DNA of 20,162 nucleotides from a virus (Duplodnaviria; Heunggongvirae; Uroviricota; Caudoviricetes): IMG/VR virus record IMGVR_UViG_3300045988_024768, positions 1 to 20,162 of that record; one strand, 5' to 3'. Shown piece by piece: positions 17,533 to 20,162 of this stretch (position 1 is its first letter; each line of letters starts with the position of its first letter). The notes under the pieces were generated by a model. It saw only the letters and a program-made list of their open reading frames with translations, ran no database searches and was not told where the DNA came from. The position numbers and the translations under genes were made by a program.

Positions 17533-19812
17533 ATGACGGTCTCAACCGAAGTCGACCATAACGAATACACCGGGAATGGCGTCACGACGATATTCCCTTA
17601 TACCTTCAGAATTTTTCAGAAGTCTGATCTGGTTGTTCAGGTTGTAGACCTGGATGAAAACTTGACAGTATTGACACTTGATACAGATTACACGGTAACT
17701 GGTGCAGGCGGTTACGCTGGTGGGAATGTCACCCTGACGACAGCGCTCGTAAGCGGTTACCAGATATCTATATCTCGAGAGCTTCCAGTTACCCAGGAAA
17801 CAGATCTTCGCAATCAGGGTAAGTTCTTTGCAGAAGTTCATGAGGATGCTTTTGATAAACTGACAATGCTGATCCAACAGGTTCGCAGCTGGTTTAGCCT
17901 TGCGCTTCGTAAACCATCATTTATTGCAAACTATTATGATGCGCTGAACAATTACATTCGTAATCTAAGAGACCCAGAAAGGCCTCAAGATGCAGCAACC
18001 AGAAACTATGTTGATACAGTATCAACGGCAAACCTCAATCGAACACTTCGTACGCCTGAACCTATCCCAGAACTACCTGGAGTTGAAGAGCGTAAAAATA
18101 AACTTGTTGCTATGGATGATTCTGGTAATCCTATTATGGTATTGCCTGAATCAGGATCTGCATCGGATGTTCTCATTGAACTTGCCAAGCCAACTGGGGC
18201 AGGGTTGATAGGCATTAAACCAGGAGGAAATGTTCAACAAGCGCTATATTACGTTACTCCCGAACAGTTCGGGGCAATCGGAGATGGCACTCTTCATCTA
18301 TTATCAGAAAAATATTCTACCCTAACTGACGCGCAGTCAGTGTATCCGCTTGCAACAAGTTTGTCTCAGTCAATTGATTGGGCTGCTATGCAAACAGCTG
18401 ATAGTGTTGCTCGAGAATTAAAATGTTCGGTCCGTTGTCCAACGTTGAAAAAATACAGATTCTCATCCCTTGACACGTTAATGCTGGATATCGACAGTTG
18501 CTTTATTGGCGGTCCGCAATCTGATCATTTGCATGGGACAATGATAATCAAAGACAAACCACCGGTGACAGCATCAACAAATATTGGCGATATCTGCATA
18601 GTCAAGGTCAAAAAGGCTTCCGACACTGTATCAACCAATGGATTTGTCAATGGAGTGGTATTCCAGGGTTTTTCTCTTGAGTGGGCAAATGTTGCGTGGA
18701 TGTCCGCTGTTAAAGGTGATTTGTCAATTTGCCTTCATATGAACGATGCGATCAAAGCAAAAGTAGACGTCAGCGTATGGGGCGGGGAATTTGGGGTATA
18801 CGGGTATGGCTGCTGGGGAATGGTTGGTACTTTGAGAGTATTGAGTTGCCATAAGGGGATCTATTTTGACCCTGTATCACCAACACCAGAACACACAGTT
18901 CCTGTTGGCGTTACAGGTTCAACTACTTCATTTGATCTGCGAGTTGAGATAGGAGGATGTCCATTCCCAATTTATCTTGACAAATGTCAGTATGGTTTTT
19001 TCCGTGGTTATGTAGAAGTTCTTAACTCAACCGAGGGAGCTATCTGGGATAGTGCAAACGAAACACCAATTGCAGTACAGCTGGGAAGCAATTGTGAATA
19101 TCTGACATTTGAACTAGGTGTTGAGTTCTATAATGGTTTACTGTTCCTTGCTGACCAAAACAACAAAAATATAACTGCAAATTTCGGATTTGTTTATAGT
19201 ATTACATACATGAACTCAAGCGGACCACATACAGCGAGATACACAATTGCCAATAAGTATTCTCAGACTGAGGTTACAATTCCAGCGGCAACAAGAGCAA
19301 TTTTTTCATTCAATAATACTGGTAATGACATTACAGTTAACGGTATGAATATGTCTGCCTCTGCGAATTCATTTAACAATCTTGAGGTTGTAGATAAATA
19401 CCTTTATTCAGCATTGTCAGGTAATAGATTATTTTTTAATGGCGGTAATGTGTCATGCACTAACTATCTTAAGGTGAGTCGCACAAACAAAAGGGTTATT
19501 GAATTCTACCGTAATAATGGTCTTGCTGATGCACTGAAGCCAGGTGATGGTTGGTACTATGTTGGCAATGGATTTTATGAGCAAAACACATGGACCACGG
19601 CTGCTTTAGATGCTAATGGTGTTGTGTGGATTGCGGCACCGACAGGGTATAATCTTCATAAGTGCGAAGCGTACTCCGTTGGAGGTGGAGGGCTTACTCA
19701 GGGACTTGGTTTGTTAGAAGTCCCATCGGCTACAGTCATGAAATTCATTCTTCCTGGAGGAAACACCACCAGAGGTATCGTTTATAAATCTACAGTTGAA
19801 CTTATAAATTAA
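17533..19812 (+). CDS. Tailspike/tail fiber: T7 gp17-like N-terminal anchor plus probable beta-helix receptor-binding/depolymerase domain
   Basis: GGAG 8 nt upstream of ATG 17533; the in-frame 17461 start is rejected. N-terminus (TTIFPYTFRIF...VVQVVD...LTLDTDYTV...ISISRELPVTQETDL...AEVHEDAFDKL) resembles the T7 gp17 N-terminal domain. A VTPEQFGAIGDG-type motif follows. Ends at an intrinsic terminator. Confidence 0.8.
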   Translation: MTVSTEVDHNEYTGNGVTTIFPYTFRIFQKSDLVVQVVDLDENLTVLTLDTDYTVTGAGGYAGGNVTLTTALVSGYQISISRELPVTQETDLRNQGKFFAEVHEDAFDKLTMLIQQVRSWFSLALRKPSFIANYYDALNNYIRNLRDPERPQDAATRNYVDTVSTANLNRTLRTPEPIPELPGVEERKNKLVAMDDSGNPIMVLPESGSASDVLIELAKPTGAGLIGIKPGGNVQQALYYVTPEQFGAIGDGTLHLLSEKYSTLTDAQSVYPLATSLSQSIDWAAMQTADSVARELKCSVRCPTLKKYRFSSLDTLMLDIDSCFIGGPQSDHLHGTMIIKDKPPVTASTNIGDICIVKVKKASDTVSTNGFVNGVVFQGFSLEWANVAWMSAVKGDLSICLHMNDAIKAKVDVSVWGGEFGVYGYGCWGMVGTLRVLSCHKGIYFDPVSPTPEHTVPVGVTGSTTSFDLRVEIGGCPFPIYLDKCQYGFFRGYVEVLNSTEGAIWDSANETPIAVQLGSNCEYLTFELGVEFYNGLLFLADQNNKNITANFGFVYSITYMNSSGPHTARYTIANKYSQTEVTIPAATRAIFSFNNTGNDITVNGMNMSASANSFNNLEVVDKYLYSALSGNRLFFNGGNVSCTNYLKVSRTNKRVIEFYRNNGLADALKPGDGWYYVGNGFYEQNTWTTAALDANGVVWIAAPTGYNLHKCEAYSVGGGGLTQGLGLLEVPSATVMKFILPGGNTTRGIVYKSTVELIN

Positions 19813-19816
19813 AAAT

Positions 19817-19839
19817 AAAGCCCCAGCTATTGGGGCTTT
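19817..19839. terminator. Bidirectional intrinsic terminator (AAAGCCCCA-GCTAT-TGGGGCTTT)
   Basis: 9-bp stem and 5-nt loop, flanked by an A-tract on one side and a T-tract on the other. Sits between the convergent tailspike (stop 19812) and acyltransferase (stop 19844) genes. Confidence 0.8.
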
Positions 19840-19843
19840 ATTG

Positions 19844-20162
19844 TCATTTGCCAAATATAATCCTCCCGACAAATAATTTGTTTGATAAAAAATATATGCA
19901 CGAAGATACAATTACTATCAACAATAAATTAATGGTGTATTTATTTGATATTTCGTGAGTTTTAATTATATCTATAATCAATGGATGAATTAAGTAAATG
20001 GCAACTGATGCAGAGCCTAAGAATGATATTAATATATTTCCGTTAATTTTAATTTTTGTAAACATAGCAACAGCAGCTATTGATAAAGGAATTGATATAA
20101 ATGGAACCTCATATTCAAGTCCGTGAGTAAAGTTAAAATTGTATTCAATTACACTTAATACA
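19844..20162 (-). CDS. Acyltransferase family 3 membrane protein (O-antigen/LPS O-acetyltransferase-like), C-terminal part; 5' end off window
   Basis: The minus-strand frame stays open to the window edge (hand-translated ...FTHGLEYEVPFISIPLSIAAVAMFTKIKING...). The C-terminal ...SASVAIYLIHPLIIDII... matches the acyltransferase-3 hallmark region as I recall it. Very AT-rich and hydrophobic. Confidence 0.55.
   Translation of the reverse strand, partial: VLSVIEYNFNFTHGLEYEVPFISIPLSIAAVAMFTKIKINGNILISFLGSASVAIYLIHPLIIDIIKTHEISNKYTINLLLIVIVSSCIYFLSNKLFVGRIIFGK

Larger units (their letters stand above)
1..20162. mobile_element. Prophage/phage late structural module, podovirus-type with T7-like gene order; probably a temperate serotype-converting phage (epsilon15/phiV10-like organisation is a guess from memory)
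   Basis: Continuous + strand operon of portal, scaffold, capsid, gp11/gp12-like tail tube, large internal proteins and tailspike. Adjacent genes overlap as ATGA/TAATG. A LexA box and a convergent acyltransferase gene suggest a temperate lifestyle. Confidence 0.75.

Noticed and set aside
17336-17545. Long 155-aa version of the minus-strand gene; also a 35-aa alternative frame from the minus-strand ATG at 17347-17349
   Set aside because: The long version would place the LexA box and intergenic repeats inside coding sequence and lacks an RBS. The 35-aa frame has no RBS of its own. ATG 17335 with GGAG is preferred.

Overview
This window reads as the late (virion structural) module of a temperate podovirus-type prophage in an enterobacterial-like background, with a T7-like gene order on the + strand: small ORF, portal, small protein, scaffold, major capsid, three small head-associated proteins, gp11/gp12-like tail tube proteins, a small GNAT-like protein, four internal/ejection proteins, and a tailspike with a T7 gp17-like N-terminal anchor. 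It ends at a convergent, AT-rich acyltransferase-3 (O-antigen acetylase-like) gene that runs off the window. Genes are tightly coupled (ATGA/TAATG overlaps) and two intrinsic terminators were located by eye. The most interesting region is an accessory insertion (about 16554-17532) between the last ejection-protein gene and the tailspike: two small multi-TM proteins with atypical AT-rich codon usage, plus a reverse-oriented 85-aa acidic gene sitting directly behind a near-consensus LexA (SOS) box. This is the best candidate for an undescribed SOS-controlled accessory system (antirepressor-like or exclusion/defence moron). Other observations include a ~25-nt element repeated upstream of two late transcription units, a C-terminal SAAE[V/T]LYG motif shared by the scaffold and a small head protein, a GNAT-like signature in a small virion-module protein, and an RNNNPGN block in the largest internal protein. 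All homology statements are from reading the translations and recalling family hallmarks; no database search was run.
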